From the IMG/VR virus record IMGVR_UViG_2784746786_000001, positions 9,339-73,338 of that record: 64,000 nucleotides of DNA. One strand, 5' to 3'. The translations under genes and the position numbers were made by a program. The first letter of the stretch is position 1. Each line of letters begins with the position of its first letter. The notes under the pieces were generated by a model, which saw only the letters and a program-made list of their open reading frames with translations, was not told the DNA's origin and searched no databases. The stretch comes from a virus. Below, piece by piece: positions 56,042 through 64,000 of this stretch.

Positions 56042-56154
56042 AGGCGGAAAAACCGATGGAAGATTACGGAATGGAACTAAATGAACAAGTGCTGACTGAG
56101 GAAGAGCAAGAGGAATTGGCGCAGGAATCCGATGAGGAAAACGCAAAACGTTAG
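56038..56154 (+). CDS. Small acidic peptide (38 aa)
   Basis: AGGAGGTG RBS; MKAEKPMEDYGMELNEQVLTEEEQEELAQESDEENAKR. Confidence 0.45.
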   Translation: MKAEKPMEDYGMELNEQVLTEEEQEELAQESDEENAKR

Positions 56155-56165
56155 GGGGTGAGGTT

Positions 56166-57251
56166 ATGGCGTTACCAGAGCATGTGCAAGAGCAACGGAA
56201 TGCTCTTGTGGAAAAAGTAATAAAAGATATTGAGGCAGGAAAGCCATTCTTTTGGGATTCTGAACACTTTGGCAAACCAGCGCATAATATGGCCCTTGGT
56301 TCATCCTATCGAGGACTCAATCGCATGCGCCTGATGATTGCAGCGGAGGACAAAGGTTATACAGATAGTCGCTGGTGCACGTATAAACAGGCGCAGGATA
56401 AAGGCTGGCAGGTCAAAAAAAGCGAAAAAGGGACACATATTGAATTTTGGTCGAAATCGGTCACGGTCAAAGAAGTAAATCAAGAAACCGGTGAAGAAGA
56501 GAAAAAATTGAAAGATTTAGATTGTCCCATAGTTAAATACTATACGGTATTCAATGCACAGCAAATGGAAGGGGTTCCTCCAGAATATTCTGTGATCATT
56601 GATGAGAATGAGAAGAATAAATACATGGAAAATATGCTGAAAAACAGTGAGGCAAAAATTTTTTTTGATCAGAGCAATCGGAATTTTTATAGCCCTACTA
56701 CAGATGAAATCCATGTATTGCCGCGAGAAAAATTTAAGACACTGGATGGCTTTTATGCGACTTGTGCACATGAAATTGCCCATAGTACCGGACATCCTAC
56801 CCGGATGAACCGGGCTATGCTCAATTTTGAAAAAAGCGAATATGCCAAAGAAGAACTGCGGGCCGAGCTTGCCTCCACGTTTTTGCAGCAGCAATATGGG
56901 ATTAAATTTGATGAAAAGCATTATGAGAATCATGCCGCATACCTGCAGTCTTGGGCAAAGGTTTTAAAAGATGATCCCAATGAATTGTATCGGGCAGCTT
57001 CTAAGGCACAAGAAATGGCCGATTACATTGAGAAGAACATGCTTTTGAAAGGACTTGAACAAGTAGCGCCAAAAGCGATGGAAAATGGCAAGGAAGTACT
57101 GCTTAGTAAAGAGGTCAAGGAACCGACAAAAGTATCGCCGTTTCAGGAGATTGCGGATCGGGCAATGGAGAAGAAAAAACGGCAGCAACGTAAGCAAAAA
57201 TTGCAAGTTTCGATAAAGGATAAGCCAAAACAGGCCGAGCTGGCACGATGA
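56166..57251 (+). CDS. ardC: ArdC-like antirestriction protein (ssDNA-binding domain plus zincin-like domain)
   Basis: YRGLNRMRL, RWCTYKQAQ.KGWQVKK.EKGT, HEIAHSTGHPTRMNR and YAKEELRAEL motifs. Confidence 0.85.
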   Translation: MALPEHVQEQRNALVEKVIKDIEAGKPFFWDSEHFGKPAHNMALGSSYRGLNRMRLMIAAEDKGYTDSRWCTYKQAQDKGWQVKKSEKGTHIEFWSKSVTVKEVNQETGEEEKKLKDLDCPIVKYYTVFNAQQMEGVPPEYSVIIDENEKNKYMENMLKNSEAKIFFDQSNRNFYSPTTDEIHVLPREKFKTLDGFYATCAHEIAHSTGHPTRMNRAMLNFEKSEYAKEELRAELASTFLQQQYGIKFDEKHYENHAAYLQSWAKVLKDDPNELYRAASKAQEMADYIEKNMLLKGLEQVAPKAMENGKEVLLSKEVKEPTKVSPFQEIADRAMEKKKRQQRKQKLQVSIKDKPKQAELAR

Positions 57252-57257
57252 TGCAAA

Positions 57258-57276
57258 GGGGTCCATAATGGACGCC
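57258..57276. repeat. 19-bp palindrome, copy 3
   Basis: GGGGTCCATAATGGACGCC, just after the ardC stop. Confidence 0.7.
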
Positions 57277-57921
57277 TTTTTAACTTGAAGGGAGAAAAGA
57301 GTTACGGGAAAAGTGTACAAGTTACAATAATAGATAAATCCCCGGAAAGCATGTGTTGTGATATTGATAAAGCTGCAGAGGATTTGTATGAAAAGATGGA
57401 TCAGTTTTTAAAGGTAGAACAGGAATATATACTATCGCCGGAAACTTGGTTGGAATATGAGCCGAAACATGAAGCTATCAAGGAGAGTTTGCAGAATTTA
57501 CAAGCCGTACAGGCGAATGATAATATTTGTTGTTTGAATTCCTTAGTATATTCTCGTCTTGTTCGTTTCTTCAGTTGGCCGCTCCTTTTGTTTTCTTATT
57601 ATTTTAGAGCAGCTCATCAAGAAAACTGTCTATTTTATATTGTAGCCTATCCAGGAGCCTTGGGAGAGCTTACTTGAATTTCATAATGAAATAAAAATTT
57701 TAATATTTGAAAATCTGAGGAAACAGCGGTTTTATCTTGAATAACAATGACACACGCCCTTTTAACTGTGGATATATATTATAATTTTATGAACAACATT
57801 ATAATATATATAAATCTTAAATACATATTAATCATTCAATTAATGTTATTCTATCGGTAGGATTCAAGACGTGAAAGCTATATGGACTATTGATGTTAGC
57901 AAAATTTAACTCTGATAAAAG

Positions 57922-57965
57922 AGGCTTTATGAAGTGGACTTTTTACTTTATAAAGCCTTTTTTAA
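57922..57965 (+). terminator. Terminator-like hairpin upstream of the defence operon
   Basis: AGGCTTTAT...ATAAAGCCT followed by a T-tract. Confidence 0.55.
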
Positions 57966-58167
57966 TTTTTAATGTCATAAATCAAAAAATATTATAATAG
58001 AAAATAACAGTTTTTTTTGACTGAATTTTCAGTATAGAGAGTATTAATGTTGTGAATTGACAGAAAAAGGTATAAAATCGAGGTAATAGTATCATTTAAT
58101 GTGCATAGATAAAAATTACTACTTAATTAATTAAATAAATAATATCAATGTTCGAGGATGGAATATA

Positions 58168-59202
58168 ATGACGGTAAATATTAAAGTTTTAAGAGCGCTT
58201 TATGGAGATTGTATAATTGTTTCTTATGGAGTAGAAAAAGATAAATATATTCTAATTGATGGAGGGATAGGTAAAGAGTGCTATAGAAGCTTAAAATTAT
58301 TTATGGATAATCTTAAAGAAAATATTAGATTATTAATTTTGACACATATTGATTCAGATCATATAGATGGAATATTAAAACTGTTTTCGGAAGAATACTT
58401 TGATTTTTCTAAAATTGATCAAATGTGGTTTAATTATGGGGAATTCTTAAATAAAGCATTAGCTATAGAACGAAATAAAGAAAAAAAAGATATTTTACTT
58501 CAAAATGTAGGAACAAAAATAAGTTGGAGCCAAGGAAAAAGTCTTGAACTTATTTTAAAACAAGCAGGATTTCAATATGAAAAGATTATTAAAATGTACG
58601 ATGAATTTAATATTGACGGCGCTCAAATAACAATACTTTCACCAAGTTTAGAAGCATTAAGAGCATTTAATGAACAATGGACTATCGAAGGTGAACGAGA
58701 AACAAAAATATCAAAGAGCTCAGATTATGATAAGACTATTGAAGAGTTAATGACGCTAGAATTTTGTGAGAAAATATCTTTAGAGAATAAAAGCAGTTTA
58801 GCATTTATTTTCCAATACAACAAGATCACAGCGTTATTTTTAGGAGATGCATCGGCGACAGAAATTAAACGATCGTTATCGAATTTAGGATATTCTGAAG
58901 CAAACCCGATAAAGGTCGACATATGTAAGATATCGCATCATGCTAGTAAGTATAGTACAAGTGATAGTTTAATAAAGATGCTAGAATGTAAAAATTATAT
59001 TATAAGTACTAATCTTACAAGCTCTGGCAGGCCAACTAAAGAATGTTTAAGTAGGATTATATGTAATTCAAAAAGTCCAGTTAATTTTTACTGCAATTAT
59101 GAAATAGATTTTAGTAAAATTTTTTCTGAAAGAGAATTTGAAAAATATAGAATGAATTTTATAACAATCGGTAAAGAAGGAATTGATTTGGAGGACTTGT
59201 AA
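58168..59202 (+). CDS. MBL-fold (ComEC/Rec2-like) metallohydrolase; putative defence nuclease
   Basis: GDCII, LIDGG, THIDSDHIDG, N.SSL, FLGDA and KISHHAS motifs. Confidence 0.88.
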   Translation: MTVNIKVLRALYGDCIIVSYGVEKDKYILIDGGIGKECYRSLKLFMDNLKENIRLLILTHIDSDHIDGILKLFSEEYFDFSKIDQMWFNYGEFLNKALAIERNKEKKDILLQNVGTKISWSQGKSLELILKQAGFQYEKIIKMYDEFNIDGAQITILSPSLEALRAFNEQWTIEGERETKISKSSDYDKTIEELMTLEFCEKISLENKSSLAFIFQYNKITALFLGDASATEIKRSLSNLGYSEANPIKVDICKISHHASKYSTSDSLIKMLECKNYIISTNLTSSGRPTKECLSRIICNSKSPVNFYCNYEIDFSKIFSEREFEKYRMNFITIGKEGIDLEDL

Positions 59203-60509
59203 TGGAAGATAAATTTTATGATCAAGTTGTAGTTAAAATAAAATATAACGGTGAAATCGGATCAGGTGTATTAATACCGACAGAAAGCAAGCGTTGTTTA
59301 TATTTGATAACTGCGTGGCATTGTATAAAACAAGAAGAATCACCGGATTTAAAATTAATTGAAGTATATAAACAAAATAATAGCAACTTAGAAAAAATTC
59401 CTGTTTTAGCTTTAGAAATATTAATTCTTAATGAAAAGGATTTAGCTATCATAAAATTGGAATATATTTTGGACAGTTTATTGTTTGGGATTAGTTCAAT
59501 ATCTGTAGGTGATGAAGTCTTTATTGTAGGTTTTCCAAAAGGAATGGAAGATGCTAGTATACCTAGATATCCATTGAGCGCAAAAATAGTAAGTCTGCCT
59601 GGAGATAATAATATACAACTGAATAGCCTTCGATCAACAAGTTCATATTCACAAAATTCAAAGGAAATTATGTCAGGATTTTCTGGGAGTGGTATTTTTA
59701 AAGTCATAAACAATGAAGTTTTTTTATGCGGAATTATTACAGATCTAGCTTCAACTGATGGTGCATTTGATGCTGTAAGCGGTGTATCAGGAGAGTGTAT
59801 TCAGAACGAATTGCTAAAACAACAGTGGGAGCAATTGTGTGATATAAAAGTATCTAGCTTTAATGTTTTTAAAGATAGTGTTATCGGTATATTTGAAGAA
59901 CCCATGAACAGAATTTGTTCTGTTCAAATGCCTAATATAAAAGCGAATGTTAGACCTTATGAAATTAAAAATCGTTGTGGCAAGAAATTGGTATGGCCAT
60001 ATTCTGAAAACAATCTTCAATGTAAAGAAATTTGGGAAGGTTGGCTTTTATATTTGATTTTTAGATCAATAGAGAATCAAGAAAATTTAAAAAATGAAAA
60101 TTACTATATTGTTAATAATGAAAATGGGAATAGAAGAGTAAAATTAATTTATGTCACGAATAAAACTACACTTTCTGAGTTTTTAAAAGATTATTTGCAA
60201 AATGCATATAGAGATATTAATGAAGGGGATTTTTTAATTATCAAGACTAATAGGGTACCAGCAACGATGGTTTTGCAATCATCTCAACTTGATAAGGTTG
60301 TAATGGATATAAGTAATGCGATATGTGTTAAAGAAGAACTTCGTATAGATGATGTTAAAAGTAATATAAAGAAACTTTCATTAATTCATATAAGAAAAAT
60401 TGTTGATGAACTTAACCCTATTTTAGAAGAGATTGACGATAAAGTCGATGAAATGTATTTAGAAAAAAGATTGGGGCAAAGAATAGGAGAGATGCTGCAT
60501 GAGTTTTGA
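59202..60509 (+). CDS. Trypsin-like serine protease with C-terminal domain (ABC-3C/Lamassu effector-type)
   Basis: Triad TAWHC, DLAII, GFSGSG; overlaps both neighbours. Confidence 0.8.
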   Translation: MEDKFYDQVVVKIKYNGEIGSGVLIPTESKRCLYLITAWHCIKQEESPDLKLIEVYKQNNSNLEKIPVLALEILILNEKDLAIIKLEYILDSLLFGISSISVGDEVFIVGFPKGMEDASIPRYPLSAKIVSLPGDNNIQLNSLRSTSSYSQNSKEIMSGFSGSGIFKVINNEVFLCGIITDLASTDGAFDAVSGVSGECIQNELLKQQWEQLCDIKVSSFNVFKDSVIGIFEEPMNRICSVQMPNIKANVRPYEIKNRCGKKLVWPYSENNLQCKEIWEGWLLYLIFRSIENQENLKNENYYIVNNENGNRRVKLIYVTNKTTLSEFLKDYLQNAYRDINEGDFLIIKTNRVPATMVLQSSQLDKVVMDISNAICVKEELRIDDVKSNIKKLSLIHIRKIVDELNPILEEIDDKVDEMYLEKRLGQRIGEMLHEF

Positions 60510-61050
60510 GGCATATAAGCAAGGAGTTGAAGCTCTAAATAATAAAGATAATGAAAATTGGTTAAGCCTAATAACTTGTTGGATAAAAAAAGTGGCTGGA
60601 TATAATATTTATATTTTTCAAGTTGTTGTTGACAATGAAAGTATGTTAGAAGAATATTATGATTCAATTGCCTCAGCTATAGCTATCGAATTTCAAACTA
60701 AGTTAGAACTGGTAATTGAAAGATGGAATATATATTTAATTTTTGAATGTCAAAATCGAATAACAGAGGAATTAAAAGAAAAAATTGAACAAGACAAATA
60801 TTCATCTAGAAAAATGGTATGGGATTCTTTGAATGAATATGATTTGGGAAATGAAGAGTATTTAGAAAACAGATTATTATATTTACATATAGATGTTAGT
60901 AATCGAATACCTAAAGAAAAGATTCCATTATTGGATCAAATTAAAAGTATCGATTTAGATTTATTTTATGCAATTAGAGATATTGATCAAAATGTGGATC
61001 AAAAAGTGGCGATTTATTTGGGAGGCAACTCAAATGGGCAAAAAGATTAA
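60499..61050 (+). CDS. ABC three-component middle component (LmuC-like)
   Basis: 183 aa between effector and ATPase; ERWNIYLIF..KIEQDKYSSRK. Confidence 0.65.
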   Translation: MSFEAYKQGVEALNNKDNENWLSLITCWIKKVAGYNIYIFQVVVDNESMLEEYYDSIASAIAIEFQTKLELVIERWNIYLIFECQNRITEELKEKIEQDKYSSRKMVWDSLNEYDLGNEEYLENRLLYLHIDVSNRIPKEKIPLLDQIKSIDLDLFYAIRDIDQNVDQKVAIYLGGNSNGQKD

Positions 61051-61906
61051 AGAGATAACAATTGAGGCTTTTAGAGCTTATGAAAAACTACAAGCATTTG
61101 ATTTTAGACATAATGAAAGTAAGAACATAGCAGATTTGGTAGTTATATATGCACCAAATGGATATGGGAAGACATCTTTTTTTGACGCTGTAGAATGGGC
61201 AATTACTGATGAAATAGGTCGTTTTAAAAGCTCTAATGCAATTAAACAAGAAGTAAGTGCTGAAAAAGGTGATATTTTAAAAAATAGAAACTCAAATCTT
61301 TTGCAAGGCATGGTTCGTATAGTAACCGAAAATGATAGTATATTTGAGAAAAAGACTAAAAGACGTATTGGAAATATGAAAAGTGATTATAAACCAGGTG
61401 AATTGGAACTTATAGCTCATGAACTAGAAGGAATATTAAAGGAAAAAAATACATTCTGCACAACAAATATGTTAGCACATGATAAAATAACTAGTTTTTT
61501 GCAAAACTATACAGCTGAAGATAAAACAAAAGCTTTAGAAATATTTTGGGATACGAATGGATATTCTGACACGTTGAAGATGATAAACAACTTATTTGAT
61601 GAAATTACTAATAAAGAAAAAACGTTATCAACAGAACTCCAAAAAGAAAATAAAGAACTAAAACAATATAAATATGAATTAAATAAAGAAAATGAAGTAA
61701 GACAGCTAATTGATAATTTTAATTCTAAAAACGATCTCCAGATTAATCTAGAAAATTTGACATCTAATATTGAGTGCTCATTAGATAAAGCAACTTCTAT
61801 TTTAAAAAAAATACAAGAAAATAAATTTAAGAATGAAGAAAAAATCAATAATATTGAATTATTAATTAATAAATTGGATAGAGTACAATTAAGTTCGCAA
61901 AAGTAA
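61034..61906 (+). pseudogene. SMC/Rad50-like ABC ATPase (LmuB-like), truncated by IS256
   Basis: IEAFRAY, Walker A APNGYGKTSFFDAVEW, then a coiled coil ending at IS sequence. No signature or Walker B motif in the window. Confidence 0.8.
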
Positions 61907-62415
61907 AAAAAGGAAAAGCCATCGAAACTCCGAAAAAGGTAAGTGTCTAGCAAACCAATAAGGAGTGAAAATCGATGGCCTACCAAAATTCTACCGTATC
62001 TTTTGAAAAAATGCTATTGAAATTTATAGCAGATGAAGATCCAATGCAATCCATGCTTAAATGGCTTTGCGAGCGGTTAATGGAAACTGAAGTTGAAAAC
62101 AAGCTTTGTGCTGAAAAATCAGAGCGAAACAATGAACGTCAAGGATACCGCTCAGGCTATCGCGTTCGCCGCTTTGACACAAGAATGGGAACCATATATC
62201 TTATGGTTCCTAAAATCAGAAATGGAGGCTATATTCCGTTTTTTGTGGAAACAAAAAGACGTTCAGAGGCCGCGCTCATGAATGTTATTCAAGAAGCTTA
62301 TATCAATGGTGTTTCCACACGGAAAATCGATAAATTAACGAAAACACTAGGGATAGAATCCATCTCACGCAGTCAGGTTTCTGCAATCACCAAAGACTTG
62401 AATCAACATGTTTTT
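61880..62415 (+). mobile_element. IS256-family element, 5' part (transposase starts at 61975), interrupted by IS21
   Basis: RSGYR.R.FDTRMG..L.VPKIR.GG..P; EAYINGVSTRKI..S.SQVS. Left boundary is approximate. Confidence 0.85.
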
Positions 62416-62504
62416 TGTCAAGTAAAAATCCCTAAAATGAGCGTCATAATTCCCTTTTTTCGTACAGGGAAATTCCCTGTTTTGAGCGGGAGCTTTTAAG
62501 TCTA

Positions 62505-63269
62505 TCAAGAAGCTGCTGCCGTTTGCCGCATCAATGCATGTTCCATTCGGTAGCTACGCCCCTCAAATAGCAGCAAGTGCCCATGGTGCACAAGTCGGTC
62601 AATCATTGCCGCAGCCATCTGGTCATCTGTAAAGATGCTTCCCCATTTCGAAAATTCCAGGTTCGTCGTCAGAATCAGGCTCTTGCTCTCGTAACTGTCA
62701 GAGATCACTCGAAACAATAGCTGCGACCCTTCTTTGTCTACGGGAACGTAGCCCCATTCATCAAGGATCAGCAGATCCAATGACTGCAGCTCGCGCACCA
62801 GTCGTTCCAACGTTCCGTTTTTCCTCGCTTCTGCTAGTTTCAGTACTAGCTGGGTCACCGTGTAGAATTTCGTCTTGTAGCCAAGCTCACAAGCTTTTAT
62901 CCCGGCGGCGGTAGCTAAATGCGTTTTTCCAATCCCTACCGGGCCATACAGCACTAGGTTTGTTTTCTCGGCAACAAAGCGGCAGGTTTCCAGCTCTTCC
63001 TGGCTGAATGCCGGCGGTAGCTTAACGTTTTGGTAGCTGTAGCCCTCAAAGGTCTTGTAAACGGGGAATCCCGCTCGCTTAATCAAGCGTTGCCGTTTGT
63101 TCTGCTCGCGCAGGCGCAGTTCTTCCTGCAATACATACAAGAGGAATTCTGCCTGTTTGGGCGTGCCTTCTTCTTTACAGATCTCGCCGATCCTGTTGGA
63201 AAGGAAGAGCTGCCTTGCGGCCTGGGTTACGTCTTCATCAAGCTCCGCACGCATTTTTGGTGTCATCAT
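62505..63269 (-). CDS. istB: IS21 helper ATPase
   Basis: GPVGIGKTHLA, LILDEWGY, TTNLEFSKW and DRLVHH motifs. Confidence 0.95.
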   Translation of the reverse strand: MMTPKMRAELDEDVTQAARQLFLSNRIGEICKEEGTPKQAEFLLYVLQEELRLREQNKRQRLIKRAGFPVYKTFEGYSYQNVKLPPAFSQEELETCRFVAEKTNLVLYGPVGIGKTHLATAAGIKACELGYKTKFYTVTQLVLKLAEARKNGTLERLVRELQSLDLLILDEWGYVPVDKEGSQLLFRVISDSYESKSLILTTNLEFSKWGSIFTDDQMAAAMIDRLVHHGHLLLFEGRSYRMEHALMRQTAAAS

Positions 63270-63999
63270 CGGCCGATCCTCCTTTTAAGAAGAGATCATC
63301 GTAGACATACAGCGATGGACCTTGTTCTGGCGGCGTATTGATACCATACCCGGTAATTCTTGCCGCCAGTACAGAAGCATCACAGATATTTACCGATCCG
63401 TTCCGAACGGTTAGCTCCATGGCCGAGATGGCGGCTTTTACGCCATACTGCCCAGCCAGTTCCTGCATCATTCTCAGGCAGTTGCGCAAGACTGGCTTCG
63501 GCTGGGCGTCGAGGTAATCACGCAAAAGATCCGGCACTTCCTGACGAAAGCCACTGTTGAACCAGGCACCCGCGTTGTTGAGCAAGGTGGCAAGCGTTGT
63601 ACTGTAGTCAGAGATGTCGCTGCGCTTGTCGCCGTAAACCCGTTGGTGCTCAACGACGACCCGGCCGCCATCGTTAAGAATATCAATCCGGTTGGCACGG
63701 ATGCCGACGAGAACTTTTTTGTGCGCATTTTCCGGTCGAGTGGAGTAATAGTGTTTTCCTTCGAGGCAAATCTTGCCATAACCATCTGCTTTCAGCCATT
63801 CATAACGGCAAACATTAAAGGGTTTTAGCGGCAAGGGCTGCAAGGCGGCTTTATCCGCAGAAAACAGTACCTGGATCTGCTCGCCTTTTTTGTAATGGGG
63901 TTCAACGGCTTTAATCTGATGTGCTGCCAGCAGCTGCCGGTTATATGTTTCCCGGTCGTTGAACTTCGGCACGGGAACGAAGAGATTGGCACGGGTATA
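63238..63999 (-). CDS. istA: IS21 transposase, C-terminal part
   Basis: Frame open to the window edge (YTRANLFVPVPKF..); ADGYGKICLEGKHYYS; overlaps istB. Confidence 0.85.
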   Translation of the reverse strand, partial: YTRANLFVPVPKFNDRETYNRQLLAAHQIKAVEPHYKKGEQIQVLFSADKAALQPLPLKPFNVCRYEWLKADGYGKICLEGKHYYSTRPENAHKKVLVGIRANRIDILNDGGRVVVEHQRVYGDKRSDISDYSTTLATLLNNAGAWFNSGFRQEVPDLLRDYLDAQPKPVLRNCLRMMQELAGQYGVKAAISAMELTVRNGSVNICDASVLAARITGYGINTPPEQGPSLYVYDDLFLKGGSADDDTKNACGA

Positions 64000-64000
64000 G

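Larger units (their letters stand above)
62416..64000 (-). mobile_element. IS21-family element; runs off the right edge
   Basis: Terminal TGTCAAG at 62416; istA-istB gene pair. Confidence 0.9.

Noticed and set aside
57285-57677. 130-aa ORF after ardC
   Set aside because: TTG start without RBS, no recognisable motif and a low-complexity tail; probably a gene fragment or spurious.
1-64000. tRNA, rRNA or self-splicing intron
   Set aside because: No cloverleaf or rRNA-like stretch recognised, and polA, terL and capsid genes are uninterrupted. A tRNAscan/Infernal run would be needed to exclude them formally.

Overview
This window holds most of a temperate siphovirus prophage (about 1-38.7 kb) followed by a nested accessory and defence region. 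The host is probably a Negativicutes (diderm Firmicute); this is inferred from gene content only. Prophage order: a large serine recombinase and SHOCT-like gene (minus strand, left edge); a PolA/SSB/P4-primase/SNF2 replication module; HNH-TerS-MTase; a moron block with an extra amidase and amidoligase/GGCT; TerL; an HK97 head; a long tail with a lambda-like tip ending in a 2221-aa fused hub/tailspike; and holin, amidase and an overlapping spanin-like gene pair. After the lysis terminator come an IS5 remnant, a sigma-70-like gene with a long structured leader, two XRE genes, a type I R-M locus with an IS3-broken hsdS/recombinase segment, RhuM cargo and att-like scars. A ParA-ParB-Rep-ArdC replicon follows, with iterons and three 19-bp palindromes. 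The window ends with an AT-rich MBL-hydrolase/trypsin/middle-component/SMC-ATPase (ABC-3C/Lamassu-type) defence operon, cut by IS256, which is itself cut by IS21. Best leads: (1) a bipartite motif CGTCAAAA-N14-CCA[GT]TGG in front of three phage operons, a candidate promoter for the element's own sigma-like factor; (2) a dual-frame, lipobox-less spanin-like pair; (3) the structured sigma leader RNA; (4) an apparent inversion of the phage core. All family assignments come from motif recognition; no database searches were run.
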